A stretch of DNA of 63,868 bases, filler included, from Reclinomonas americana ATCC 50394 (lineage: Eukaryota), in the NCBI GenBank assembly GCA_048213135.1. It is 16 parts of 16 records of this genome, joined end to end, with 100 filler letters (N's around TTAATTAATTAA, not from the genome) between each part and the next. Parts side by side here need not be neighbours in the genome. Positions count along the whole stretch, not along the records: positions 12,439 to 16,993 come from AFZH01023588.1; positions 17,094 to 19,781 come from AFZH01023590.1; positions 19,882 to 23,090 come from AFZH01023591.1; positions 23,191 to 27,423 come from AFZH01023592.1; 12 more parts are not named here. One strand, given 5' to 3'. Below the pieces are notes generated by a model, which saw only the letters and a program-made list of their open reading frames with translations, was not told where the DNA came from and did no database searches. A program made the translations under genes and the position numbers. Shown piece after piece: positions 12,439 through 25,052 of the stretch (positions are counted from its first letter, which is position 1; the number at the start of each line of letters is the position of its first letter).

Positions 12439-15400
12439 TAGACGCTCTGGCGGCAGCGCCTCGAGGACGGCCAACACGGCCGACTGCTCGGCGTGCATCG
12501 ATGCGGCCACCTCCGGTGGTGCGTCGGCGAGATTCGGATGCGACCCGAGAAGCGGGCGAATGTCAATCTGCCACGACATCACCATGAGGAGAAGCGGGAG
12601 CAAGAGGTGCAGCGTGCCGCGTCTCGCACACACCTTGGATGGATTCACAACAGATGGAATGCGGTTCTTGGTGAACCCGCGATACGCGTACCACAACACG
12701 TACAGTCCCGCGCAAACGAGTCCGACGCAGCTGACCACCAGCAGCGGGATGGCCTGCTGGAAGAAACAGAATGCTGCGTCACAGACAGAGAGTTCAGTCT
12801 CCGCACACATATCCGTCACCCAAAACCAGCAGCGCACGCGACGCACCGACCCACGACAGGCCAAACAACAAGGTCAGACCATAGATGACGAGCGTGACAC
12901 GCCGCAAAACTTCCGACGTGCAAAAGAGCGGCTGACGGCCACCACGGCCGTACGGGCTCTTTGTCTTGCTCAGCCAGTTGTATTTCTGTGGGGGGCGACG
13001 GAGAATGAGATGTCGCCTGTTATGGTAGAGTCGGGCACACGACAAACGCACATGAATGTAGAGTCGAAAGAGGAGAATGCCGATGCCGACCGGCACCACC
13101 ACCGGCACAAACACAGAGTAGACGACGGTGATGCCGAAAAGCAGTGACACTTGCGAGTAGTTGCTGTTGTAGTTGAAGGAGATGGGCTCGATGGCCTGCC
13201 GCATTTCCTGTGGAGTTACAGCGTGGAACGCCTGCGCAGCAGACAGTGAGCAAAGCAGTGCACACGATGCAACGTGGTAATATGTGAGGCGCACCCGAAA
13301 GTTGAGCGTCACGAATTTCGGCAACTGTGCCAGGGCGAAGCTATTCCCGACAATCCTGCAGTTAGAGCGCAGATCAGCAGGCTGAGCAGTACGCCAACGA
13401 CACGCTCGCACAGCGACGCAACATGGCCTGCATCAAGTACGCCACGAAAAATGCACCGCTGTTCACACCGCACTGGGTTAGCCACAAACGCACACTCACA
13501 AACATGGAAGATAGTCCCAGGTACCTGTCAGGCAGGAACATCTGCAGGAATACGGTCAGCAGCAGTCACAAGGCAATGAGCAATCACTCCCGCACGCAAC
13601 ATTTCTGACCACACTGGCAAAGGAGCCTTGGTGTTGTGCGTATTGACTGCGTACAGCAAAAGGTGTGAGGTCCCAGATGCCATCACTATCACCCCCACAA
13701 GCAACCACCGACGCACATCCACGCAGCCACGGTGCTCAGCGTGAGCGACGGCAGCACCACCGTACTAAATGTCAGGTACACACAGGTGCGCGTGAGCACT
13801 GACAGCCGGAGGTCGTGTGTCGAGATTGGTCGCTCTCTTCGCGCGACCCTGCAGTCCACAAGAGGCGGGGAGGTGAGGCACGTGACTGGCACGCAAGACC
13901 AGTGCGGACGTACCACAAGAAGAATCCGGGGAGGAACACATTCACAGAGTACAAAAACATGGTCGGCACGGCGCTGGTGACGAGCGCCGACAGGAAAGCA
14001 TTGTCGTTGACAAGCAGTGCGATGGTGCCCTTGATAATGTCGACGTGCACCAGCTGCGTCGCACAGGAATGCAACGTGAGACCACGGAGAGCGTGAGCGC
14101 GCGACTCCAGCGATTGAAGGCACAGACCGACTGCAGCGACGTCAGCAGCGCCAGTGGCGACGAAAAGAACACCACAAAGACGATGAATGCCGACGTCCAG
14201 AAGATGATGGCCACCGCACGCATCCACCACGAGTGATGCAGGTTCTGCCACACCAGATCCTGCGGTCGCGGTGCGCGGCTGACAGACATGCCCTTGGGAG
14301 GATTCTGCGCGGACGCACACGTCAGAATGCAGCGAAAGAGAAGAGAAAAGCATCGCGCTGCATTGACTGACCCGCAAGCACGCATGCGCAGCCTCCTCGG
14401 AATTAAAAGTCACAAATGCACGAGAGCCGCACATTGTGTGCGGCGACTGCAGATCGACGGTGGAGAACTCGCGCGCCACCCGGTTCTTCCGTCGACGATA
14501 CCGGTGCTCAATGTCGACAACTCCCGGCTCTTCTCTGTGTCGCATTGCACCCTCACAGGGTTGGCGGAGATGCGGCAAACACAGCGAAGCAGCGGGGCAA
14601 CTCACTTTCCAAAGCACACACAACAACAGCAGAGGTACGTCATCCGATGGCTCATCTTGTGGTCCAAGCTGCGCAAGATCTGTGCACGAGCGAGGCGGTT
14701 CTTGAAGCGCGTGGAGGAATCCAGTGCCTTGACCAGGCGATCCAGACGCGGAATGACCTGCCACATTGATAGGCACTTGAGTAACTGGCACCACGACTGT
14801 GTGTGTGTATATGTGCATAACACGGCGCATACCTCAACATGGAGCACACAACGCGGATTCAGCACCGTGCTCAGTTTCTCCATAATGAGCTCCCGCACCT
14901 CGGCGAGACGCTTGTGCGGCAAACCCGAAAACATGACGGTCCGCGGCGACGTGCCCGGATCGAGTGTGCGCGTGTCGAGCGAGGCCTCGGAACGCAACGA
15001 CACCATGTGAAACTGGGTGCGTGGCAGACGGAACGACAGTGGCCGGACGTGAAACGACGAGAAACCCCACATGATCACCACAATGGTGAAGGCCACAACG
15101 CAGAAGTGGCCCCACAGGCGGTGCGGATCGGCCAGCACATTGTCAATCGTGACATAGTCGAATGTGGTGTACGTCTCGTTCAGTCCGCTGCGCAGCGCCA
15201 CGAGCCATGAGTACGAGCTGGGAGGCGGGGGGACGGGAAGAGAGAGAGAGACCTTTGCACCACCAGGTCTTGCCGCCGGACAATGGAGTCACCAGTGATG
15301 TTCAGCGGCAGCGTCACACACATGGCCGGCAGCAGCAGCATGAGCAGCAGCACAATCAACCGCTTCTCGTATGCCATGAATACCACCGCCTCTCGACTCA

Positions 15401-15991
15401 GCCGCTTCTCCAACTACCCACGATGATGAGCGTCGCAGACACACGCATTGCAGATTGACGGTGACTGCACGAAACATTCGGCGTGTTCCACGCAAACAAC
15501 TCAGACCACGTGAACTTGCCACTGCCTGCTCGCCACAAAAAACATCAACACAAAAGCACGCGCGTGCTGCAAACAATGCCATAGCGCACAAACCTAATGT
15601 CTCCATGCGCGCGACTTCTGCAAACTCAGCTCCTGCACAAATCAATCATCAATGCACGCACGCACTCAATCACTCACACACACACTCTCTCTCTCTCATG
15701 TGCTCAACGATGCTCATCGGGCATATCCCACACAGACGAGGAGGTGGACGACGCCGAGGAAAAGTCATCACGCGGTTTCGCGGCTAACTCTGCGGCGGCT
15801 TTGACCACGCGACGAATCGCTCTTCGTCGCACACTAATGAGAGAGAGTGGAGCCCACGTCATGAGAGAAAGAGCATATGAGAGAGTGTGTGTGAGTGGTG
15901 CTTGCCTGCGTGTCCACGGAATCATGACGAGCGCAAAGCCACCGATGATCAGCGAGAAGAGAAACGACGCAAGTAAATACGGCGTCGCCAT
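12439..15991 (-). CDS. OSCA/TMEM63/CSC1 family mechanosensitive cation channel, multi-exon, 3' end cut by the contig end
   Basis: Motifs seen: VTLPLN, TFDYVTIDNV..RLWGH, RTVMFSGLP, AFVTFNS, RAPRPQDLVWQNL, FFSSPLA, FNYNSNYSQVSLLFGITVVYSVFVPVVVP. ATG at 15991 precedes an N-terminal TM helix. Confidence 0.92.
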
Positions 15992-16275
15992 TGCTCTCTC
16001 TCACTTGCACACACGCACGGGACAACAACATGACGGAAACAAAAAAGTCGAGTTTATTACGTATTCATGTCTGTGACTGGTGGTTGTTGTTGTTCCGATG
16101 ACGCCTGTTGTTGTTGTTGCTTCTCGCGTCGTCGCTTCTCTTTGACCGCCGGTGGCGTGGATACACAACAGCAGCACCACAGCATGCTTATGTAGCAGAG
16201 AGCGCGCGCAGCAGAGAGAGAACGTCGATCGATCGAAAGCTCGCGGTGCAAGTCACTTATAATTTCGCGATAGAA

Positions 16276-16993
16276 ATGGCCAGTGAGGAGAGCGGTGCCT
16301 TTGCGCCTCTGCGCAGCGTGTGTGTGTTCTGTGGCTCGTGCATGCCGCGTGATGCACTGGTGGAGCCGACCAAGGCATGTGCATAAACACGCACACACAT
16401 GCAGGTGATTGCTGACTTGCTTTTTGTTTGCGCAGCGTCTTGGCGCGCTGTTGGCCGACAACAAAGTGCGGCTTGTGTACGGTGCTGGCACTGTAGGCTT
16501 GATGGGCGTGGTAGCGCGAGCGGTCATTGAGCGCGGTGGCGAGGTGTTGGGCATTGTGCCGACGAGTCTCTTTCATCGCGAGCTGTTGCGTTTGTTGTCT
16601 GCTTAGTTCCTTTCTGCTTTCTGTTGCATTTGCTCATTGCCTGCCTGCAGCTCGGGTGAGTTCATCGGCAATGTGGTCGAGGTGAGCAGCATGAGCGAGC
16701 GGAAGAACATGATGGAGGCGGAGGCCGACGCGTTCATTACGTTGCCGGGTGGCATTGGTACCTTTGATGAGCTGTTTGAGATGTGGTGTGCGGCCAAGGT
16801 GTGTGTTTGTTGCACTGTGCTCGTCTCTCTCTCGCGCACACACACACACACACTACGGCGTTCATGAGCAGTTGGGCCACATTCGCAAGCCGGTCGGCCT
16901 ACTCAACACTGGTGGTTTCTACGACCACCTGCTGACGTTTCTGGAGACTGTGTTGGCGGAGGGGTTTGTGTTAGATTATGCGACTTGTGTGTC
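16276..16993 (+). CDS. LOG: LOG family phosphoribohydrolase (cytokinin-activating / 'lysine decarboxylase-like'), 3' incomplete
   Basis: [56 protein letters not shown]. Introns at 16375-16435 (GC-AG), 16585-16650 and 16799-16871. Confidence 0.95.
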
Positions 16994-17109
16994 NNNNNNN
17001 NNNNNNNNNNNNNNNNNNNNNNNNNNNNNNNNNNNNNTTAATTAATTAANNNNNNNNNNNNNNNNNNNNNNNNNNNNNNNNNNNNNNNNNNNNTCACAAA
17101 CCGTTATCT

Positions 17110-19671
17110 TCATCGCGTCTCGAAGGCGCATACCGCCGGGGAGAAAGACCAGCAGCGACCCCCGGTGAGTGCAGCGCAGCGCCAGCTCCGGGGCTTGCAG
17201 CAGGTGCACGCTCTCCAGCAACGCCAGCCGCAGCAACTAGAACACACGCACAACACAAACATGCATTCAGCCTCCATCCACAATCACTACAAACCAGATG
17301 CAGAATATGTCTGCTCCTCCTCTCTTCTTCTTCTTCTTTCTCTGCGTGTCCGCCTGCTTGTTTTCTTGCGTACCTGACCGCCGACGCCACGCGTCCTCGT
17401 CATCTGTGTCGCCGATTGCACTGCTGGTGTGCGTCGATCGTGTGTCACCTGTTGATGAACTCATGCTGCCCGAGGCAGTGTTCACCCGCGATCGACTTCG
17501 CGAAGCCGACGACGACAGCTCATTTTCGTCCGAGTCAGAGTTGGCAGTCGCCATCATAAATCGACGAGACCGACCGCTGGGCCGCGGGCGTGACACTCGC
17601 AGACGCGACAGGAGCGACGTGGCAGAACCGTTCACCGACTTGTCGTCCGCAGGACCTCTGTCATGTGTGAACGACGACGGGGTGTGAGCAACAACCGAAT
17701 CACAGTGGACCACAGAGGCAAGGTAACGCAACGACGGAGGCGAGGGTGGAGGCAGCTTTGCACCGGTTGGCGGAATGAAAACGATTCGCTCGTCACCAAT
17801 GTCGCCGGCACCCGGAGTCTCCGCCTGACGCGAACGAGAGTCGTGTGGAGCACCAGGAGTTTCGCGAAGAACAAGCGAGACTGCACTTGATTCTGACAGC
17901 GCAGCCAGGCTCGGACGCGTGATACTCGGTCTCGGACTGGCTCTCGCGTGAGAAGCCGCGGTGCGCTCGGCCCATGTTTCCGCCAACGCCTGCACTGGCG
18001 ACGTGCGCACCGAACTGGCGACAGTTGACGGCGCAGTTTCGCCGTCAGGCACGACGCCAAACATGTCGTCCGGCTGGGACACGGCGGACGAACGCCGGGC
18101 AAGCAGTCGAGCCACAATGGCAGCACGCTCACCACCACTGCCAGCGGATGATGGCCGCGACGGGAGTTGCGAGGGACTGCGAGTACGTTCTGCACCCGGC
18201 AGCACTTGGTCCTCACCACCATCGGTGGACTGTTCTGCCGGCGCCACCGGCTCTTGCACCGCACCAGGGAGAAGTACACCGGCACCAGCTGCGTCCTCAA
18301 CACCACTCACCGCCAGTCGCTGCTGCGCCGCAAGCGAGATGGGCGGTGGTAACGGAAGTGGCTGTGACATTGAGCTCGGATCCTGAAAAAAAAAGAAAGC
18401 GCAGGTAGGGTAAGCACAGATTTGCCGTCGACTCGCACAATCACGGCGAAACGCAACAAGCAACGCGACATGACGCCGCCGAGACAACTCTGCTGTCTCC
18501 AACACACGGGAGACTGGCGGTAGGGCGCGAACCGCAGGGAGTGGTGGAGCATCAGACTGCGAAGTACCCCACTGCGTTATGCCACCGTCCTCCGGGAACA
18601 ACTTTTGCCGTGCAGCCACCACTTCGTCCGTGGAAACCTCAAGAGCGTCGGGCTCCTCCCATGCGCGAGTGGGTACCACCGGCCACTTGACAATTGGCGC
18701 AGGTGTTGGCATGACATCTGCACACACATCTTGGTGAGACCGAGAGTGTAGGAAAGTAAAATGCAAGGCCGATTCGCAACTAAAGAGTTTGCGCGCAGAC
18801 GCAGGCACAGAAGGCTGAAGATCGGCAAACACCACTGGCGCCGCTTGTGTCGACTCCGAAGCGGGGGCACGGCGACGCCGAATGCAAACCACGACGGCAT
18901 AGATCGCCAACACAGCCACCACAATCACCCACGCACCAGCCACCACTGCGTACCAGTAGCAATCGAAAATATTGTCGCAGGCACGCACATCCCAGTCGCC
19001 AATCGTCAACGAGGCCACAGAAGCACCTGGACGCAACGAGTCAGTCTCTTGCTCACAACACGTACCACGATAGAGTGAGCATACCGACAGTGAAGAAGCG
19101 AGTGTCCGCACTGATTGCCGTGGCTGTGGCGTCGACCACGACCAGCCGCACAGATGTGGTCTGTGGCCAGTCCGGTGAAATCACCCAACTGATCGAGTTC
19201 GTGACAGCAGCTCGCACTGTGCGAGCCGTCACCGACAATGGAGCGAGCGACGCTGACGACCCAGCTTCTCCAGTATCTAACGGCACCGATGACACGGTCG
19301 CGGCATCCGATCCAACACACGACGACGCGCCGCCCAGGACCAGAGCGGTCACCCGCTCGGTAGCTGGGTCATAGTCCACCAAGGTTCTCGGATCCTGTGT
19401 CGTGTGCGTGAGTACTGGCCGCTTCCCCCAAGTGGAACTCAGTCGAGTGACAGACGAACCACATTGGCAAAGGCGCTGTTGACAGGCAGCGACGTCTGCA
19501 CGTACGAATAGCGAGACGCAAGAGAGGGCTGCGAGATATCAACAATCTTCTCAATCGCCAGCACATGCACGTACGACTGGTCGGCACGATTGCACGTCCA
19601 GCCGAGTGACACAGTGCTATTGGTCGGTACGATCGTGTCCGCCAATGACCCCTGCAACTGGAGCATCGAGT
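17110..19671 (-). CDS. C-terminal part of a type I membrane protein (ectodomain end, TM helix, long low-complexity cytoplasmic tail); possibly the same gene as 19882-23090
   Basis: CDNIFDCYWYAVVAGAWVIVVAVLAIYAVVVCIRRRR gives a TM helix plus basic stop-transfer. Pro/Ser/Ala-rich tail split by short introns. Same strand as the adjacent repeat contig. Confidence 0.7.
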
Positions 19672-19881
19672 CTGCAGAGTTGACAACAGAGGGAGGGAGA
19701 GAGAGAGAGGCAACAAGTCAGACACTGTCGGCACAACTAGTGAACATGTCGAGAGCGAACCGTGCACAACAACGTTTCCGGNNNNNNNNNNNNNNNNNNN
19801 NNNNNNNNNNNNNNNNNNNNNNNNNTTAATTAATTAANNNNNNNNNNNNNNNNNNNNNNNNNNNNNNNNNNNNNNNNNNNN

Positions 19882-22800
19882 GGAATAGGCATTCCACAGC
19901 GGCTGCACCGCTGCCTGCGTATTGAACGCAGACGCACTGACGCTGCCGGCCGGGAACGAGATGTCCACCAGCGGTGCAGTGGAGCACGGCTGACCAGCAG
20001 GAACGGCGTAATACACATCGCGCTCACTGACACCCAGACCATCGACCAAGAGCGGCTGCTGACTCGACAGAATGAATTGACTCGGCGAGATCGCACTTGT
20101 CGACACGGCCGAGAACACATTCGCAGTGGGGTCGCCAAGCTGGTAGAAGCGGCCTTGAGCACGGAACTGAATGCACACAAGGTAGGTCTGGCCAGCGGCG
20201 ATGGCAGCGGTCAGCTGCACTTGAATGCCAGCAGCCACCACGGTAGTGCTGTCAGTCGACAGTCCGCCAGAGTCATCGCAGGAGGCAGTGCCGAGTGCAT
20301 TCCGCGGAATCAGTGTCACCACGTCCGTGTTCGTGAGACCAGCGCCGGAAATTGTGAGTTGCGTGTGAATGGGAACTGGCGTGAACAGGCCCTTGGGCGA
20401 CACCGCCGACGCTCTCACAAATTGGAGAGCGTATGGACTGCCAGTAACCATGACAAACGGCGACGACATTGTCGCAGCAACGCACACCGTGCGCTGCGAC
20501 AAGATTGGCACCGCCGAGGTGTTCACAGTCACAATCAGTGCCGCCGTTGTTGTCGACGAGACGCCTAGAATTGGCACTGGATTCGTAGTTCCCAGGCACG
20601 TAGCATCTTCGACAATCTATCAAATACAAACACACACATGGGCATGAGAAGACGAATAATCTTAAACCACGAAACAACAATCTCTCTCTCTCTCTCTCTA
20701 TCTCTATCACACACACCTTCACGACCACGCGATTGGCGCCAAGCGGGAATCCAGCACCCGACACTGTCAGCGCCACCGACGACAGAGCTGGAACATTAAC
20801 TGGGGTCACCGACGCAGTTTGCACCGCGTTGACCACTTGACCGCCATTCAGCAGCAGCGCATCACCCAGCACTACGCTTCCATTCGGTCGCAGACACACC
20901 AAAAAGGCGTTGCCGAGGCCGTCATCAAAGTTGATGGTGAGCGTCACCTGCTGATTGAACGAAGTCACGGTGGGAGTACTGAAGCGCACTGGCACCAGCG
21001 GCGTTGCCGATGTGCACGTGTCGCCGGGAGCCACTGCAAACAAACGATCGTCCGACGACAGGCCGCTTCCGGAGAGCGTCAGCAGAGCCGGAGACACAAA
21101 ATTGAACAGCACCGGCTGCACGTTCGTCACCGCCACCACCGAGAAGCGAGACGAACCAGCCGTACTCAACGGGTAAAACACACCCTGGCGTCGATACTGA
21201 ATGCACACGAGGAATTGCTGGCCAGCGACAACGTTCGAAGGAATCTCGGCCACAAGCGGACCACCACTCAGAATGTTGTTGACAAGAGCAAGTACAGTGC
21301 CTCCTCGCGGATCACTGCAAGTGGCCGAGCTATCGACATTGGTGGCCACCAGTTGCAACACATCAGTCACGTCGAGACCAACACCAGTAACCGACAGGCG
21401 ACGACCCGTTGTCACTGGCGCCGGCAGCCCAACAGGCGACACCGACTGCGCATCCACAAGCAGCACAGGCGCACCGACTGGCAAGTACACATCCGACACA
21501 CTTGTTGCAACGCAAACTTGGCGAGTCGAGCCAGCCGCCGCAGAGGATGTGTTGACTACCACCACTGCCTGCGTATCAGACGTCACTGTCACCGAAGTCA
21601 CAGGCAGCGGCGATACGGATGCCGTGCACGCTGAATCGACCATCTGCAGTGGTGCGAACAAGTTAGGCGTCCGAGGCATACACACGACAAGCAAGCATAC
21701 ACAACTACAACAACAATGACATACCTTCACGAGCAGGGTGCCGGCTGGTGGGAAACCACGACCGGTAATGGTCAGCGACACGCTTGTCACTCGAGGCACA
21801 GCCACAGGTGTCAAGGAGGTGACAGTGACCGCAGCGAAAACTTGTCCACTGCCGACTGCAATGGCGGCCGGCAGGCTCGGATTGTTGCCAGGTCGCACGC
21901 ACAATCGGAACAAACGGCCAGTGGAGTCACTCATGGTCACAGTAATGGATACGAGCGTGTTGAATGTGGTCATTGCGGGCGCTGCAACCGCCGTGGAGGC
22001 CAGTGGACCAGCAGTGCACGCACTGTCCGCGGCAACCACGAAATAGGTGTCGGCTGCGCTGAGGCCAGTGCCGGTCACTTGCATGGTACGCGCGTTGGTG
22101 TCCAGAGTGTACGTCACTGGCGTTGCGGTGGGCACTGATACAGCCGAGAAGAATGCTGCCGCAGAGTTGCTGAGCGGGTACGAGAGACCCACACCTTGGA
22201 ACTGGATGCACACCAGGAAGCGCGATCCGCTGACAATGGCACTCGACAAGTCCACCACCAGCTGGTTGCTGACAACCGCAGGGTTGCGAGTGCTCACAGT
22301 GGCAGCCGCCATTGGCGAACTGCACGTCACCTGGCCAGCAGCGTCGCTGGCCACAAACTGCACTACGTCGAGACTGCTCAGTGCCACTCCCGAAATCGTG
22401 AACCGCGTGTTGGCGATCACAGGGACGACACTGCCTAGTGGCACAATGCTCTGCCCATCCACAAGCACCAAACCAGAGAGCGTTCCGACATTGACAAACA
22501 CCGGACTCGTCGGCGACGCAGCCACACAAACAGTATATGCAGTGGACGCCACAGTTGCAGCAGTGTTGACAGTGAACTGTAACGTGTTACCGTTAGGCGC
22601 TGTTACGCTCGACACACTGAGAAGCGATCCGGCGCCAGACGAGCACGAAGCGGCAGCCTGCACAAGCACCGCCGCAGTGTCGCTTCCGGGGCGGAAGCCA
22701 CTGCCGTTCACCGTAATTGTCACACTGTATCCAACAGGGATCGCCGGGGGCGTGAATCCACTCGACTTCACCGCTGACACAATTTGCTGGGAGGCCACAG

Positions 22801-23090
22801 ACAGCGCGAACGCAGCACTGGGCTCACCACCTGGTTGCACACAGAGACGGAAGAGCCATCCGTTGCCATCACTGATGGTGACGCGAACTGTGAATTGCTG
22901 ATTGAATTGCACTTGGGTCACTTGATCGACGGCGACCTGAGCAAGTGGAACAGCACTGCATAGACTGGAACTCGACACGGCAAAATACAGATCTCGGGTT
23001 GACAAGCCTGCGCCATCTACAGTCAATGTTGTCGCCGCGGCGTAGTTGTAGCTGATAGGAGTAACAGCCGTCGCGGACAAGACCGAGAGA
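19882..23090 (-). CDS. Internal part of a large extracellular protein made of ~105-aa beta-sandwich (IPT/TIG-like) domains, each with two Cys, in an ABC super-repeat
   Basis: At least 10 units with the pattern S-x-x-P...LTxxGxG[LF]...C...[LV]C[VIL]. Introns at 21644-21724 and 20617-20716. Confidence 0.8.
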
Positions 23091-23254
23091 NNNNNNNNNN
23101 NNNNNNNNNNNNNNNNNNNNNNNNNNNNNNNNNNTTAATTAATTAANNNNNNNNNNNNNNNNNNNNNNNNNNNNNNNNNNNNNNNNNNNNTATGTGTGTG
23201 TGTGTGTGTGTGCACGCATGCAATCACCACGCGCAACTGAGCATGTGCGTGCAG

Positions 23255-25052
23255 ACGTTGCTCGTGTCGGGAACTCTCGGCTGCGGCAAGACGCACTACG
23301 CGATGCATGTGGTCGCCGACGAATGGCTGTTCAAGCCGAGTGCCTCGAATGCAAAGCGCCCCGGTCGCCTGCTCTGCTATGTACACGCTGCATGCGTGCC
23401 GCAGCAAGTGTGGGCCTCCGGTGGACTTGTCACCCATTTGCTCGAGCAGAACGGATTCACGGCAGCTGATGTTGAGCTGCGAGTGCGTTCTTGTGTGGTC
23501 CCTGTTGATAGCTGACCACGGCTTGTTGTTCCTCCGCGTGCACAGTACGCCGTCTTGCGCGAGAATTACATGATACTCATCATTGTCGACGGGTACGACG
23601 AACAGAGGACCATCCCAGGCGGTACTCTGGTACAATCGTTTGCGCTTTCAGTTGCGATTGGTGGTGCCCGTTCCTGCACGTTGTCGCGTTTGCGCACCGC
23701 GCTCACCATTCGCGATAGGAATGGAACGCGTCGCTGGTGGTGTGCTGCGGAGGCGAGTATCTGGAGAATCTCAGTATCGGAGATCTGACCACCGTGTTTT
23801 CCGCTACCGGGGAGCCCGGTGGCTTCACCCAGTGTGTCCTCCTGCCGTTCTCTAACGCCCAGATCGATGACTTTCTGGCCAAGTTTCGTGTCGGGTTGGA
23901 AATGGTCTCTGTTCGCGTCGGTCCTCCGCTGATACGCAACAATGCTGTAGACTTCTTCAAACACCAGCGATCACACCGTGGCCTTTCTCCACAGTTGCCG
24001 AATTCCGTGGTCATTTTGAGCAGTGTGGTCCACTCAACGACCTCATCTCGACGGTACGTCTGTACGCATTAATTCTGTCTCTGGTGATGTCCTCATCAAC
24101 TACCTGCAGCCTCTCGCCTTGACCATGATGACATGCTGCGCACCACAAGTGGTGACATCGAGACCAGCCCTGCTGAAACAATATGTTGACTGGTGGTCTC
24201 GCCACGCGCTGACTGTCCACTCGCCGCTCAGCGCAGTTCAGTCACGCACTGTGCTACTAGTCAGTGTTCATGTTCTCTACCCTGGTGATGTTGTTCTCTG
24301 ATTATCAGATCATTGTAGGCTCTGGAAACGATTGGCGCCAGTGGGCAAACTGTGCTGGCAGCAAGTCGGCATGTGGCCGCCCAGATGCTCCTGGAGCACT
24401 CTTTAGTGTGCGACCGAAACAGCGCAGCGCTGCAGCCAGTGTTCGCTGTGCTATCCCCGGATTCACTCGGCCCAAGTCTTCGTGACGAGCTTGTTTATAC
24501 GGTTCGTCGCTTCAAGTGATGGTGTGGTGGTGCATGCTTACTTACCGCTTGGCTGCAGTCCATTTTGGTTCCTCTCGACAACGCTCACCTGGCTTACCGC
24601 CACCGTGTCATCCGCGACTACATGGCCGCTGCTGAGTGTGTGGAAACTGTGCAACGCTGGTCAGTCAACTCGATGCGACTACGTCGGAACGACGACGCGG
24701 CCATGAGCGAGGTGGGTTTCTCTCTGTCGCCAACGGCGACGATTTATTGTGCACCACCTGACACGATTTTATTATATTTTTTTGCATGCCAGATGTTGGC
24801 TTCAATACGTGAACGTGCGTGGTGCAAGCGCTTGCTGGCAGATGAGGTGCGCGTAATTTTGCTTGTGTCGTCGTTTACCACCGTCGCTCACCTGGCACAT
24901 CCCTGGTTGACAATCGATCACAGCCTGCCGTGCTGCAGCTGCTCATCGAATGGACCGCGATGGATCATGAGTTCCTCTCATCTCTCATGGCCATGCGACA
25001 CGCCGCGGAACGTTCACCTCAGCTCATCACCGCTGCCGCAAATTCACATTTC
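23255..25052 (+). other. NACHT NTPase module (several exons)
   Basis: Walker A GTLGCGKT (23270-23293), Walker B YMILIIVDGYDE, then WNASLVVCCGGEYL, PFSNAQIDDFL, LIST|PLAL, AYRHRVIRDYMAA. Confidence 0.85.

Noticed and set aside
16276..16993. LOG as a recent bacterial transfer
   Set aside because: It has at least three spliceosomal introns, and the family is widespread in eukaryotes.
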